Source: Candidatus Methanomethylicia archaeon (GTDB lineage Archaea > Thermoproteota > Methanomethylicia > CALHIW01). Taken from it: a stretch of DNA of 60,626 nt. The number at the start of each line of letters is the position of its first letter. Positions within the stretch are counted from its first letter, which is position 1. Under the pieces are notes generated by a model. It searched no databases, was not told where the DNA came from, and saw only the letters and a program-made list of their open reading frames with translations. A program made the position numbers and the translations under genes. Where the stretch lies: contig JAWBQF010000016.1 of NCBI GenBank assembly GCA_038845975.1, forward strand, positions 1 to 60,626. Reading direction: 5' to 3'. This document shows positions 48,842 to 59,471 of this stretch, piece by piece.

Positions 48842-50086
48842 ATGGTACTGGTGATCTATGTGAAAATAGCAATTCTAGGATGTGGAGCTGTTGGCTCTGC
48901 TATTGCACGCATATTGAGGAATATGGAGATAGCAGATGAAATACTATGTATAGATAAAAATTTAAAGAAGATGAAGAGCTTCCTAATGGATAATGATGGC
49001 TTCACCATAATGGAGTGTGATGTTTTAAAAAACGAAGTTTATAGTGAAGTGAGAAACTATGATTTAATTGTAAATGCACTACCTACTTCATACCATATTG
49101 GTGATAGAGAATATCCTATAAACATTAGGATAATGGATATTGCATTGAAAGCTGGAGTAAACTATATAGATCTTGCATGTTTCGGCGGAAAATCTAAAAT
49201 AGCTGAGCAGCTTAATCTTAACCATAGATTTGAAGCAAGCAACCTATTTGCATTAATAAATGCTGGAGCATCACCAGGATTAACCAATTTGCTAGCTAGG
49301 GAAAACTCAGAGGAGCTTGATAGAATTGAAACGATATCAATTAAGACTTTAGAGGAGCAGAGAGGAAACGAGTTTATTATTCCATGGTCTAAAGCAGAAC
49401 TATTCAATGTAGCTTCTAGAAGCTTAATCTATCGTAATGGAAGATTCATATTTAAGGAGCCGTTTAGTGAAATTGAGCCATACGAGTTTCCAGAACCATT
49501 CGGTAGAATGAATACCTATCTTATTTCAAGCGATGAAGTATATACAATACCCTACTTCATAAAGATTAAAAACCTAGATGTTAAGGCTGCAGGTAGTGAT
49601 ATAGAGGTTTTAAGAACACTCTATAGAATAGGAATATTTGATGATGAACCTATCTCATATAAGGGAAGAAGGATTTCACCTAAAAGATTCATGTACTCTA
49701 TACTTCCAGATACTCCACCACCAAATGAAGTAATAAAGCTAACTGAAAATGGAGCTATTGAGGAAGCATACTTCGCAGTATTCATAGATAACTATGGAAG
49801 GATAAGAGGAGAAAAAGCACTTATGAGATCCTACGTAATATTTCCAAGCCAAACCCAAATAAGCAAGATACTTCCAGGATCAAACTATATATCATATCCA
49901 ACAGCTATATGTACTATAGCATTCATAAAGGCATTAACTAAAAAGAATAATTTATATGGAGTCTATCCTCCTGAAGTTCTTGAAAAATCTTTAAGAAGAG
50001 AAGTATTAAACTTTCTTGAAAAAGAGAAAATATTTGTAAATATGGAATTTAAAATAGTTGAAGATAAAATCGCTAATCAACATTAA
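48842..50086 (+). CDS. Saccharopine dehydrogenase-like NAD(P) oxidoreductase (carboxyspermidine/lysine 6-dehydrogenase-like)
   Basis: GCGAVG, NYIDLA, GASPGLTN, EPFSEIEPYEFPEPFG and GVYPPE motifs. Confidence 0.82.
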   Translation: MVLVIYVKIAILGCGAVGSAIARILRNMEIADEILCIDKNLKKMKSFLMDNDGFTIMECDVLKNEVYSEVRNYDLIVNALPTSYHIGDREYPINIRIMDIALKAGVNYIDLACFGGKSKIAEQLNLNHRFEASNLFALINAGASPGLTNLLARENSEELDRIETISIKTLEEQRGNEFIIPWSKAELFNVASRSLIYRNGRFIFKEPFSEIEPYEFPEPFGRMNTYLISSDEVYTIPYFIKIKNLDVKAAGSDIEVLRTLYRIGIFDDEPISYKGRRISPKRFMYSILPDTPPPNEVIKLTENGAIEEAYFAVFIDNYGRIRGEKALMRSYVIFPSQTQISKILPGSNYISYPTAICTIAFIKALTKKNNLYGVYPPEVLEKSLRREVLNFLEKEKIFVNMEFKIVEDKIANQH

Positions 50087-50227
50087 GAATTAAATCCATA
50101 CTAAGAAATCTTATCTTGCTATAATTAGGATCCCTACAATTTAGTTATGTTATAATTCAATACTGTTTACTTTTATACACTTCAGTAAAGTTTAATAAAA
50201 CCCTGTATACTTTATTGTTGTGAGAGT

Positions 50228-50953
50228 ATGCTTAAGACTAGGGATATTACTTTAATAGCTATTTTCTCAGTTCTTTACGTTATACTCTCAGCTTTACCAG
50301 GTATTCCAGTAGTTGGAATATCAGGTGCTAGAATAGAATTAGCAGCTAGTATTGCTCCGTTATTTGGAGTTATTCTAGGTCCTTTAGTAGGATCTTTAGC
50401 TATGTTTATTGCAGCTTTAGCTGCATGGATTTTACCTCCAGGATCACCTTCAATTTTCGGATTGCTTCTAATTCCATGTCCTGTTATAAGTGCATTAATA
50501 GGTGGACTTCTAGCTAGTAAAAAGTGGATTTACGCCTTTACGATTCTTACAGTTACAGCTTTATCATGGTATACTACATGGATTGGCATAGCTGCACCAT
50601 ACTATCCAATTATGCATTTTACTGGTATAGCTTTAATTCTTATTCTAAGAGATAAAATATCTATTTCACCAAGTAGTGGAGTTAAACATTTAATAATGCT
50701 TGCTATTATTGGCTACTGTGGACTAGTAGCAGACCATATGGTTGGCAATATAGTATTTATAAATAGTATTGGTCTATTTATTCCCTTAGAAAGCATAGAG
50801 GGATGGCTTAAAAGCCTTAATCTCCCAAACATACCTTCACTATTCATGTATATGCTTCCTATTTCAGCTACTGAAAGAATATTTATGACTATAATATTCG
50901 TATTGGTAAGTACTCCAGTTCTTAAAGCCTTAAAAATAGCTAAGCTAAAATAA
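50228..50953 (+). CDS. Membrane protein, probable ECF transporter S component
   Basis: KTRDITLIAIFSVL N-terminus, GVILGP..G motif and several hydrophobic helices. Confidence 0.65.
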   Translation: MLKTRDITLIAIFSVLYVILSALPGIPVVGISGARIELAASIAPLFGVILGPLVGSLAMFIAALAAWILPPGSPSIFGLLLIPCPVISALIGGLLASKKWIYAFTILTVTALSWYTTWIGIAAPYYPIMHFTGIALILILRDKISISPSSGVKHLIMLAIIGYCGLVADHMVGNIVFINSIGLFIPLESIEGWLKSLNLPNIPSLFMYMLPISATERIFMTIIFVLVSTPVLKALKIAKLK

Positions 50954-50969
50954 GCAATGAACTACTAAG

Positions 50970-52640
50970 CTATTTGTCTTTAAGCTTTTCCTTCTGAGCC
51001 TTAATTTCATGGTCTTCAATTCTTCTAAATAGTGGTTGAGGCTTATTTATTTCATGTCCTTCCTTAATTTCTAATCTAAATGCAATATTCCAAGATTCAT
51101 TATGTATGTTTCCAGGTATGTTAAGCATATTCCAAAGCTTCTCCATTGAGAATGGAATAAATGGATCTAGAATTATAGCTAGAGTTCTAGTAGCATTTAT
51201 ACTTAGATATATACAATTGGGATCTCTAGTTCTCCACGGTTCTTTCCTCTGGAAGTATTGGTTACAGAATGATGAAAACTCAATTATCCTTCTTAAAGCC
51301 TTATCAAACTCTAAGCTATCCATAAGCTTTGTTAATTCCTCTTCAAGACTCCTAATTTCCATCAATATTTCACTATCTAACTCATCATAGCTACCTGGCT
51401 TAGGAATCTTACCGTTAAAGCTTCTCCATGTAAATGTTAATGTTCTATGTATGAAGTTACCGATATTGTTTATAAGTTCACTGTTTATTTTAGATTGAAA
51501 CTCATCCCAGTCAAAGTTTACATCTGCTTGAGAATACGGTGTTATTAAAGCTAGATAAAATCTAAGATAATCTACTGGAAATAGATTAAGAAATTCTCTT
51601 AAACTTATATACCATCCTCTACTCTTAGAGAATTTATGTCCTTGAAGTAATAGATGCCCTCTTGTAGGTATATAGTCCGGTAGCTTAAAGCTTCCCTCCC
51701 CCATCCTCATAGCTGGTAGGAATAGGAAATGGTGATAGACAATATCTTTACCTATGAAGTGATATATTCTAGCTTTATTCCAGAATTCCCTACCATAATC
51801 TTTACCCCTACCTATATTTTCAAAGTACTTTAATGTAAATGCTATGTAGCCTATATGGTTATCAAACCATCCATAAAGAACCTTACCCTTAGCTTCTTCA
51901 AGAGGTATAGGTACACCCCATGTAATATCTCTAGTAATATCCCAATCCCTTAAGCCGTTTTTAATCCAGTTTAAAACATAGTTTTTAACTTCATCCTGTA
52001 AGTTACTATTGGATTCAAGCCACTCCATTAATCTATTAGAGAAAGATGAAAGCTTAAAGAAGAAGTGTAAGCTCCTCCTTCTTAATGGTGGTTTACCACA
52101 TATTGCACATTGAGGATTTATAAGTTCTATAGGCTCATAAGTTCTTCCGCATTTCTCACATCCATCGCCATACTGATTAGGAGAATTACAAAATGGACAT
52201 GTTCCCTTAACATATCGATCCGGTAGAAACTTACCATCATACTCACAATAGTACTGCTCAATTTCCCTAGTATATATGTAGCCTCTCTCATATAGAGTCT
52301 TAAAGAAATGCTGTGTAAGCTCAATATTCTCTTTTGAATGAGTTTTATAGTAGAAATTAAAACTTATACCGGTATCAGTAAAATCCCTTATATGTTGTTG
52401 ATGCCAATACTCAACATAATCCTCAGGATTCTTACCCTCCTTTTCAGCCTGTATAAGAATAGGGGTACCATAATCATCTCCACCACATATGAAAACTACA
52501 TCAGCACCTCTATGTCTTAAATATCTAACAAATATATCTGCAGGAAGATATGTTGAAACAATATGTCCTAAATGCAGCTCACCATTTGAATATGGAAGAG
52601 CAGCAGTAACAACAATCTTTTCATCAATAAGCATCACCAA
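50970..52640 (-). CDS. metG: Methionine--tRNA ligase (short form, no C-terminal tRNA-binding domain)
   Basis: ALPYSNGELHLGH, Zn knuckles, FIGKDIVYHH and KFSKS motifs. Confidence 0.95.
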   Translation of the reverse strand: MVMLIDEKIVVTAALPYSNGELHLGHIVSTYLPADIFVRYLRHRGADVVFICGGDDYGTPILIQAEKEGKNPEDYVEYWHQQHIRDFTDTGISFNFYYKTHSKENIELTQHFFKTLYERGYIYTREIEQYYCEYDGKFLPDRYVKGTCPFCNSPNQYGDGCEKCGRTYEPIELINPQCAICGKPPLRRRSLHFFFKLSSFSNRLMEWLESNSNLQDEVKNYVLNWIKNGLRDWDITRDITWGVPIPLEEAKGKVLYGWFDNHIGYIAFTLKYFENIGRGKDYGREFWNKARIYHFIGKDIVYHHFLFLPAMRMGEGSFKLPDYIPTRGHLLLQGHKFSKSRGWYISLREFLNLFPVDYLRFYLALITPYSQADVNFDWDEFQSKINSELINNIGNFIHRTLTFTWRSFNGKIPKPGSYDELDSEILMEIRSLEEELTKLMDSLEFDKALRRIIEFSSFCNQYFQRKEPWRTRDPNCIYLSINATRTLAIILDPFIPFSMEKLWNMLNIPGNIHNESWNIAFRLEIKEGHEINKPQPLFRRIEDHEIKAQKEKLKDK

Positions 52641-52828
52641 AGCCTAAACTATAACAAGTATTTAAACTTGACTATCAACTAAACCGTAGCTTTAAATACT
52701 ATAATGTTACCAAATTTAATACTCTATGATTTTGAATTTAGAATTCATAAATAGCGGTTTACATTATAAGAGTATTTATATTTGTAATATTGGTGGTTAT
52801 ATTTGTTTTTGATTTATATTTATATTGG

Positions 52829-53063
52829 TATGGTTTGGTTATCTAGATTGTTGAGGAGTAGGAGGGGTTCACCGCTTATTGAGGAGGCTATGTTGTTAAT
52901 GTTAAGTATGCTTTCACTAACAGCTATAGTAACATTTCTAACTAGAGTTTTTTCAAATGTAAATATTGGAGGTAGTGGTGGAGTACAAGGATTCTTCGAT
53001 ACATTAGCAAACAACATATCAGCAATACTAGAAGACCTACTAAAACTACTAGGAGTAATTTAA
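52829..53063 (+). CDS. Small pilin-like protein with class III signal peptide
   Basis: MVWLSRLLRSRRG|SPLIEEAMLLMLSMLSL: basic leader, Gly at -1, Glu at +5, then a hydrophobic helix. The ORF track starts at 52803; the second ATG near 52829-52830 is more likely. Confidence 0.6.
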
Positions 53064-53180
53064 CAAATTTTTATAAAAATAGAGAAATCAAGCAAACCAT
53101 AAACTCCATAGTAGCCATAATGATGAAATAGTAATTATAGGTAAGCAATATTATAGGTTAAAGAAAGCTACTATTTAATG

Positions 53181-53237
53181 TATCCTGTAAACTTAGTTAT
53201 TAACCATAATATGTCTTCATACTAAGTTTATAAGATA
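53181..53237. repeat. 57-bp inverted-repeat mini-element
   Basis: TATCCTGTAAACTTAGT ... ACTAAGTTTATAAGATA (15/17 complementary); the spacer shares ATGTCTTC with 34931-34990. Confidence 0.5.
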
Positions 53238-53272
53238 TTTAACATTAAAGTAATATTTGAGTTTTAAATATT

Positions 53273-54202
53273 ATGTTTATGGTTGAATATTTATCTTATG
53301 ATAGAAGTCATGTTAAGCCTATTTTAAAGTATGTAAAAGATAGAGGGGTTAAAACCTTAATTTTGGGATCTATGAGTGAAATCGACCTTATACTTAAAGA
53401 GATAAATGCATCTGAAACATTAATAACACTTATTAAACACGATTTAGAGAGACCTAGAGTAATTGTTGAGGATTATCTTGCTTTAATATTAACAATTTAT
53501 AGATATTCTGAGGGGATAAAGCCGTACACGCTAATAATTGTTACTGGTAGAGACTTTGTAGCAATAGTATCAGATGATAGAGAATTCATAAATAAGTTTA
53601 AGGAAGCATTGAATATTAATGCTTACAGGATTAGAGAATTGGATGTTAATGTAGCTATAGCTGTAGCTATGCTTAATCTAATAGATGTATACTATGAAAT
53701 ACTAAGCAAGATAGGAATGGAAATTGATGAGTTGGAAGATGTATTACATAAATCATCAAGACTAAATATAGCAATTCTTAGAAGTATTAAAGGAACTCTT
53801 ATGATTCTAAGAAGAGTTTTCTATTTCTCAAGGGAAATAGTTTCCCTACTCTTAGGGAAGGGTATATATGCAATTTCAAGGGAATGTGAAAGACTTCTTA
53901 GAGAAGTTTATGAGGATTTAGCTCATATAATAGAAATAGTTGAAATGCAGCTTGATAGACTTGTAGATTTAAGAGAACTACACTTATCACTAATCTCTCT
54001 AAATCTTAATGAGGTCATGAAGAAACTTACAGCAATAAACGTAATTGCACTTCCACTAATAATAATTGCTGGAATATATGGAATGAATTTTGAATATATG
54101 CCTGAACTACATTTAGAATATGGCTACTTTACAGTGCTAGGATTCATGGCTATACTAACAATAGTTCTAACAATGTTCTTCAGAAAAATAGGATGGATTT
54201 AA
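53273..54202 (+). CDS. corA: CorA-family Mg/Co transporter
   Basis: NEVMKKLT, GIYGMNFEYMPEL and two C-terminal TM helices. Confidence 0.92.
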   Translation: MFMVEYLSYDRSHVKPILKYVKDRGVKTLILGSMSEIDLILKEINASETLITLIKHDLERPRVIVEDYLALILTIYRYSEGIKPYTLIIVTGRDFVAIVSDDREFINKFKEALNINAYRIRELDVNVAIAVAMLNLIDVYYEILSKIGMEIDELEDVLHKSSRLNIAILRSIKGTLMILRRVFYFSREIVSLLLGKGIYAISRECERLLREVYEDLAHIIEIVEMQLDRLVDLRELHLSLISLNLNEVMKKLTAINVIALPLIIIAGIYGMNFEYMPELHLEYGYFTVLGFMAILTIVLTMFFRKIGWI

Positions 54203-54391
54203 AGTTTATATTAAAATATCTTCAGCTAGCCCAGAAATATCAACAAGTCAAATACTTAAATACTAGAGAGCTATTTTAATTATCTATTTAATTACTTACA
54301 GATATATAGCTTGGATTTATATGATGTATGAGTTAAGCTTAGTAATAGCTAGGATTCTTTAAAATTATGTTTAACAGTTTAAATGTAAAAA

Positions 54392-54661
54392 TTAGGGTTT
54401 AGATTTAGTAATTCTATAAACAGTATCTCCTTCACGTACTCTATCATTAACTTTTAACCCTATGATTTGACCTGCTTTAGCGGTTTCAATGGGTTTATGT
54501 TCAATCTGCATTGATTCAACAATTTGTCTAAGCATTGTAGTTTTACCCTTAATAACAATTTCATCACCAACTTTTAAATCATCAGTAAGCTTAACAATAC
54601 ATACGCTAATTTTCGGGAAGAAATGAGTAACTTTACCAATAGCCTCCTCAAACTCGCTCAT
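54392..54661 (-). CDS. Small translation-factor beta-barrel (EF-Tu domain II-like) protein
   Basis: IGKVTHFFPKISV, LKVGD.I, VESMQIEH and GLKV..RVREGD.VY patterns. Confidence 0.8.
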   Translation of the reverse strand: MSEFEEAIGKVTHFFPKISVCIVKLTDDLKVGDEIVIKGKTTMLRQIVESMQIEHKPIETAKAGQIIGLKVNDRVREGDTVYRITKSKP

Positions 54662-55132
54662 AAAACCCCAGATTTAATACAAGTTTAAATATTTAAATTT
54701 AAGGTTTGCATAACATCTTTAAATCCAATACCAGCTACATATACTTACATCAAGAATTATGAGGCTACAGATATTAGTAAGCTTATGTTAAAAGTTTTAA
54801 ATTAGTAACTATAAGATATCGCTTTATAATTGTAACTGAAGAAAACATATAAACTCTATAGCCTACATTTTACATGAAATACGTAGTAACATCATGGATA
54901 TTTGTAATTTACCTCATATGGCTTAACCCAGTATTAAAAACTAGCTTTAATATTAAATGTCGTATTGAAGAGTTAAAACATATTGGAGATAATAGATGAA
55001 AAATATAGCAGGTAAATATATTATTGAGAAAGTAAAGTTTACCAAGCCGCCCAGTATGCTATGGATAATTAAAATATATCAGATTCATTTAAGTAAAGTT
55101 TATATGTAGAACCTAAATATATGGTTAGAATT

Positions 55133-55288
55133 ATGAAGAAGACAAATATTATATGTGTTAAAATCGATGATGATATGCTTGAAGAAGTAGTTAAAATAGC
55201 TAATGAGTTTAAAGTGAGTAAATCAGATATTATACGTATGGCTCTTCAAAAATTCATCAGGGAAAATAAGAAAAACCAAATCATATAA
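55133..55288 (+). CDS. Ribbon-helix-helix (CopG-family) DNA-binding protein
   Basis: Below the ORF-track cutoff: MKKTNIICVKIDDDMLEEVVKIANEFKVSKSDIIRMALQKFIRENKKNQII*; alternative in-frame ATG at 55121. Confidence 0.8.
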   Translation: MKKTNIICVKIDDDMLEEVVKIANEFKVSKSDIIRMALQKFIRENKKNQII

Positions 55289-55527
55289 TGATAAATACAA
55301 TACCTAACATTAACGATTACCAATAGAATAACATAGTAAGTAGCTATTTAAACCTTCATAAGATTAACGATACATAGTGTAGAGTTAAGATCATGTTACT
55401 CCTAGATAAATCTACTAACATTATCCTACCATATCTCAACATAGCTGATCGTAGCTTTAAGATTGTTAAGTCTACAACTTAATTTTAAATTAGGCTAATT
55501 ATAATATAGGAATTACTAGATTTAAGC

Positions 55528-56658
55528 TTATAGCTTAGCTAGAAATCTTTCTACTATTAATGCTATACATCCTGTAATTACGGCATTTGTAGGTGCTGTG
55601 AGAATTGTTATTCCGTTAAAGGTAGCTATAGACGTTATGCTGAACATAGCTGTATCATATACATTAATGATGCTCATTATTACCGGCATCGCTACTAGTA
55701 TTGTTCCTCCAGGTATACCTGGAGAAGCAAAACCAACAATAGCTACTGCAATCGCTAATACAATGTATTGCACTAAATCTACTTGAACATTCATATATTT
55801 GGATACTATACTAATACTTAAAATAACCCCTATAATGCTTCCAGCTCTATTTAAAGCAGCACCTAACGCTATAACGGTATCCCCTATACTTCTATCAATT
55901 TTAAAATGGTCATTGAAGATTTTAAGATGTACTGGAAGGAGAATATAGGAGGATGGTAAAGATATTCCAGCAGCCATAATCTTTAAAAAATAAGATATTA
56001 ACCTTCTAAAACCAATATTTAAAAATTTAGCAGTTATTAGAATTATTATAAGGATATAGGAGAAACTGAAGATAAGCATGAGCATTAAAGCCTCAGTATA
56101 AGCTAGTATAGAGTATCCTCCTAAACTATAGTAGAAAGATACTCCAAACGATATGGAAACTACTGGAAGCACCTTAACGATCATTTTTAAAAAATACATT
56201 ATAACTCTATTAAGTATAGTTACTATTTTCTTAGCTACATCAAACCTAGGAATAATAGTTAATGAGAATACAATTCCTAAGGCAATAGATATCGGTATTG
56301 GCTTTAACAGCCCCTCCATAGCTACCTCTAAAAGCATTAAGCTAGGAATACTAAAACCAGTACTAAACCCTCTACTTAGAGATAGTATAGTAGCTGTAAT
56401 AATAGATATTGTAAAGCACACTATGAAAAACAATATTATAGTATAGTTAGCTATTCTAGAGTTTCCAGCTCTAATTGATAATGAATATGTAAGTATAATG
56501 AATATAAATATTGGTGCTGATATGAAGAAGAAACTTGTAAACAGTGAAGCTACGATTTTAAGAAACTCCAGCTTAAATGGGGAAATATATGCGAGAAGAA
56601 TACCTAAAATGAATGTAAGAGGAAGAAGGGATTCATAAGTAAATCTATACTTCATCAA
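55528..56658 (-). CDS. Dicarboxylate/amino acid:cation symporter family (divergent)
   Basis: Multi-TM protein; LGAALNRAGS (cf. GATxNMDG) and SPGIPGG hairpin motifs. Confidence 0.75.
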   Translation of the reverse strand: MMKYRFTYESLLPLTFILGILLAYISPFKLEFLKIVASLFTSFFFISAPIFIFIILTYSLSIRAGNSRIANYTIILFFIVCFTISIITATILSLSRGFSTGFSIPSLMLLEVAMEGLLKPIPISIALGIVFSLTIIPRFDVAKKIVTILNRVIMYFLKMIVKVLPVVSISFGVSFYYSLGGYSILAYTEALMLMLIFSFSYILIIILITAKFLNIGFRRLISYFLKIMAAGISLPSSYILLPVHLKIFNDHFKIDRSIGDTVIALGAALNRAGSIIGVILSISIVSKYMNVQVDLVQYIVLAIAVAIVGFASPGIPGGTILVAMPVIMSIINVYDTAMFSITSIATFNGITILTAPTNAVITGCIALIVERFLAKL

Positions 56659-56716
56659 GTTAAAAAATCCTAAATACTATTAAACCTATCGCATCCTACA
56701 TCATCACTAAACAGTC

Positions 56717-57370
56717 TTAAACATATATTGAGGAATAGCTAGATATTCTTAAAACTTTAATTATATAGATTGAGGGTATAAACTTGGTTAGATAAATGTT
56801 TCTAGATGCTTTAAATATCTTGAATTTATTCTTAATCATGCCTTCAGCATCTATAACTAAAACTACTGGTTTACCCTTCCTCCTAGCATTAATCCATGCA
56901 TCCTCAATACTTGATGTTAAATGAACGTAGAGACGCTGCCTAGGTTTAACTCCCTCCTCTAATATGTTTTTAAGGTTTTCTTCGCTAGTTCCATGATAAA
57001 GTACTTGAACATTTAGAGCTTCAGGATACTTAATATTTACAGGTATGCTGTGACCATATTTTGCTCTTACCATGCCATTAATGATTTCAAACCGTTCTCT
57101 AGAATCTAAAAATGCAATAGCCTCAATATGTTTGGGAGTTACCCATCTATAATATTTAGAAGCTACATCAACAACATTAAGAATATTTACGAAGCCATCA
57201 CTACTTAACTGTATATTAAATTCTTTAGGTTTATGTCTTAAAATAAGCGAGAGAAATTTACTAAGCAGTAAACGCTGCCTCCCACTCATAATCTTCCTAC
57301 ATGGAGAACTACAGTGATTATTCTCCTCAACAAATAATCCACAAACAATACATTGATAAATATCCTTCAT
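56717..57370 (-). CDS. kptA: RNA 2'-phosphotransferase Tpt1/KptA with an N-terminal Cys-rich motif
   Basis: LSKFLSLILRH.P, RF, RAKYGHS, LYHGT and RLYVHLT motifs. Confidence 0.92.
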   Translation of the reverse strand: MKDIYQCIVCGLFVEENNHCSSPCRKIMSGRQRLLLSKFLSLILRHKPKEFNIQLSSDGFVNILNVVDVASKYYRWVTPKHIEAIAFLDSRERFEIINGMVRAKYGHSIPVNIKYPEALNVQVLYHGTSEENLKNILEEGVKPRQRLYVHLTSSIEDAWINARRKGKPVVLVIDAEGMIKNKFKIFKASRNIYLTKFIPSIYIIKVLRISSYSSIYV

Positions 57371-57470
57371 ACTATAGTAGTTATCCGGCTTAAATATTAC
57401 CTTAACGATAACTCTAAATCTAGCAACATATATAAATTAATTTAAACTTAATCTGTATTAACGATTAGCT

Positions 57471-58616
57471 ATGAGTCTTACTGTGAACGTAAGCTCCTAC
57501 ATTAGTTCACTATGCTATTCAGTACTTCGTATAGAGCCTTATACATCATGTAGTTATTCATGCATATACTGCTATGCTAAATGGTATAGAAATACAAATA
57601 CTGTTAAACCACAATATAATCTTATAAGTGAATTTAAGAAATGCATTCTAAAGCTTAGAGAACTTAAGCTTAAAACCATACCTTTCAGAATGGCTACTCT
57701 AATAGATCCCTTCCAACCTATTGAAGATAAATATAGGATAAGTAGATATGTTTTAAAGCTATGCTTAGAAAACAATATACCGCTAATACTAAACACAAAA
57801 TCTATAACCTATACTCAGAAAGTATGGTTTAAGCTTATTTCAGAGCTTAGCAATAAAGGACTCCTACTACTACAAGTCACTATTGTAACGCCTAGCGATA
57901 ATATTTCACGTATAATTGAACCTAATGCACCAACAACTTCAGAAAGACTGAAAGCCATTGAGAAAACACTAAGTGAAAATATACCGGTAGCAATTAGATA
58001 TCAACCATTAATACCGGGAGCCTCAGATATAGATTCTGTAAAGGATTTATTCAGCCAGTTTAAAGCATTAAATGTAAGGCAGGTTATTGTAGAGTCTATT
58101 AGATGTCTAGAAGACGACATATTATTCCTTAAAGGAATGTTGGAAAATAGATGGGTTTACGATTTAATATGGGAATCCTATGCCTTAAAAAATGAGGGGG
58201 AAGCTAGATTGAGGAGACCACCATTAAAATGGCGTTTAGAAACGTTTAAAATGATTAGGGATTTATCTGTAAAGTTTAATATTGATTTCGCAACATGTAA
58301 GGAGGGATTATTCAGTTTACATACAGCTAGAAACTGTTGTGGAATCCATCTCCTAGATGAGGAAAAATATGTTTTAAGACCTACACTCTACGAAGCATGG
58401 ATAATCTATAGAAAAACAGGTAAAATACCTTACTACGATGAAATTATAAGGGAATTTGGAGGGGATAAATACATTTACGGTGAAAAACTTAGAATATATC
58501 CTAAAGTCTTGAGGGATGGTTTGAAAGCTCATGAAAAAAGATTTATGAAAATACTTATCAATGAGGAAATTACTAAACGTATAGCTTCAAGCCTATCAAC
58601 AAGGGGAAGTATTTAA
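57471..58616 (+). CDS. Radical SAM protein, spore-photoproduct-lyase-like family
   Basis: EPYTSCSYSCIYCYA (CxxxCxxC), DPFQPIE, TKS, IEPNAP...RL and C-terminal CKE..NCCG motifs. Confidence 0.88.
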   Translation: MSLTVNVSSYISSLCYSVLRIEPYTSCSYSCIYCYAKWYRNTNTVKPQYNLISEFKKCILKLRELKLKTIPFRMATLIDPFQPIEDKYRISRYVLKLCLENNIPLILNTKSITYTQKVWFKLISELSNKGLLLLQVTIVTPSDNISRIIEPNAPTTSERLKAIEKTLSENIPVAIRYQPLIPGASDIDSVKDLFSQFKALNVRQVIVESIRCLEDDILFLKGMLENRWVYDLIWESYALKNEGEARLRRPPLKWRLETFKMIRDLSVKFNIDFATCKEGLFSLHTARNCCGIHLLDEEKYVLRPTLYEAWIIYRKTGKIPYYDEIIREFGGDKYIYGEKLRIYPKVLRDGLKAHEKRFMKILINEEITKRIASSLSTRGSI

Positions 58617-58690
58617 CCACTATTAACTACCAAGTATTTGAAATTCTTCAATAAAACTCATAGCTATAAAAACTATACTTCAACTTAACA

Positions 58691-59377
58691 GACTTTGTTA
58701 ACTTAAGCATGTTTTATCACCTCTATTTTGGTATTGTGTTTCTATGAATTCCTTAGCTTTTATCTTCTTATCCATGTTTTTTAGCTATACTATTGATTTC
58801 ATAAGAATTAATACATGTTCACCATCACATCTATCCTTCATACACGGTATATAATTATCGAATACTCTAGTTCTATCCTATATACTGTATTATTCTCTCC
58901 ATTAATTCTAACCTCTAAACCATATAATGTTTTAAGTTTAATATTTTACATGATGCTTATAGTATTGAGCTCCATCACTTAATACAACTATATTCCATAG
59001 ATAGCTCTAACCTTTTAATGTTAGTGATGTAAGTATGTTGCAGCATCACAAACCCATATGTAGAATCCTCCTCAATAATGGCTCAAACACAACATAAATA
59101 ACCTCCTCTTAAAACCTACTTACAATAGATCAACCATAATCCTAGCATCCCTCCCATCAAATTCAAATGGGAAGCTTAAAGATCTAAACCACGATAATAT
59201 AGATACATAACCTAAAACAATAAGCTTAGAATATCTGAAGCCATCCTAGAAGAACGAAAACATATGTAAGCACCATAACAACTAGAGTAAATGGAGTTCT
59301 CTCTCTAACAAATTTAACTATATTAACACCATAAATAGGGGAGGGAACTCTCAAATAAATCTAAAGTTAACAAAGCC
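58691..59377 (-). mobile_element. Degenerate IS6-family copy
   Basis: GACTTTGTTAACTTAAGCATG ... CTAAAGTTAACAAAGCC; colinear with 37482-38200 but with many small indels; flanks not duplicated. Confidence 0.9.
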
Positions 59378-59471
59378 TATCGTAAATAGCTAAGATAAAT
59401 AGGCTCCATACATAATTCTTAGCAGCTTTACATGTTAGCCTAGGATATTATGCTTAGATTATTAAATACTA

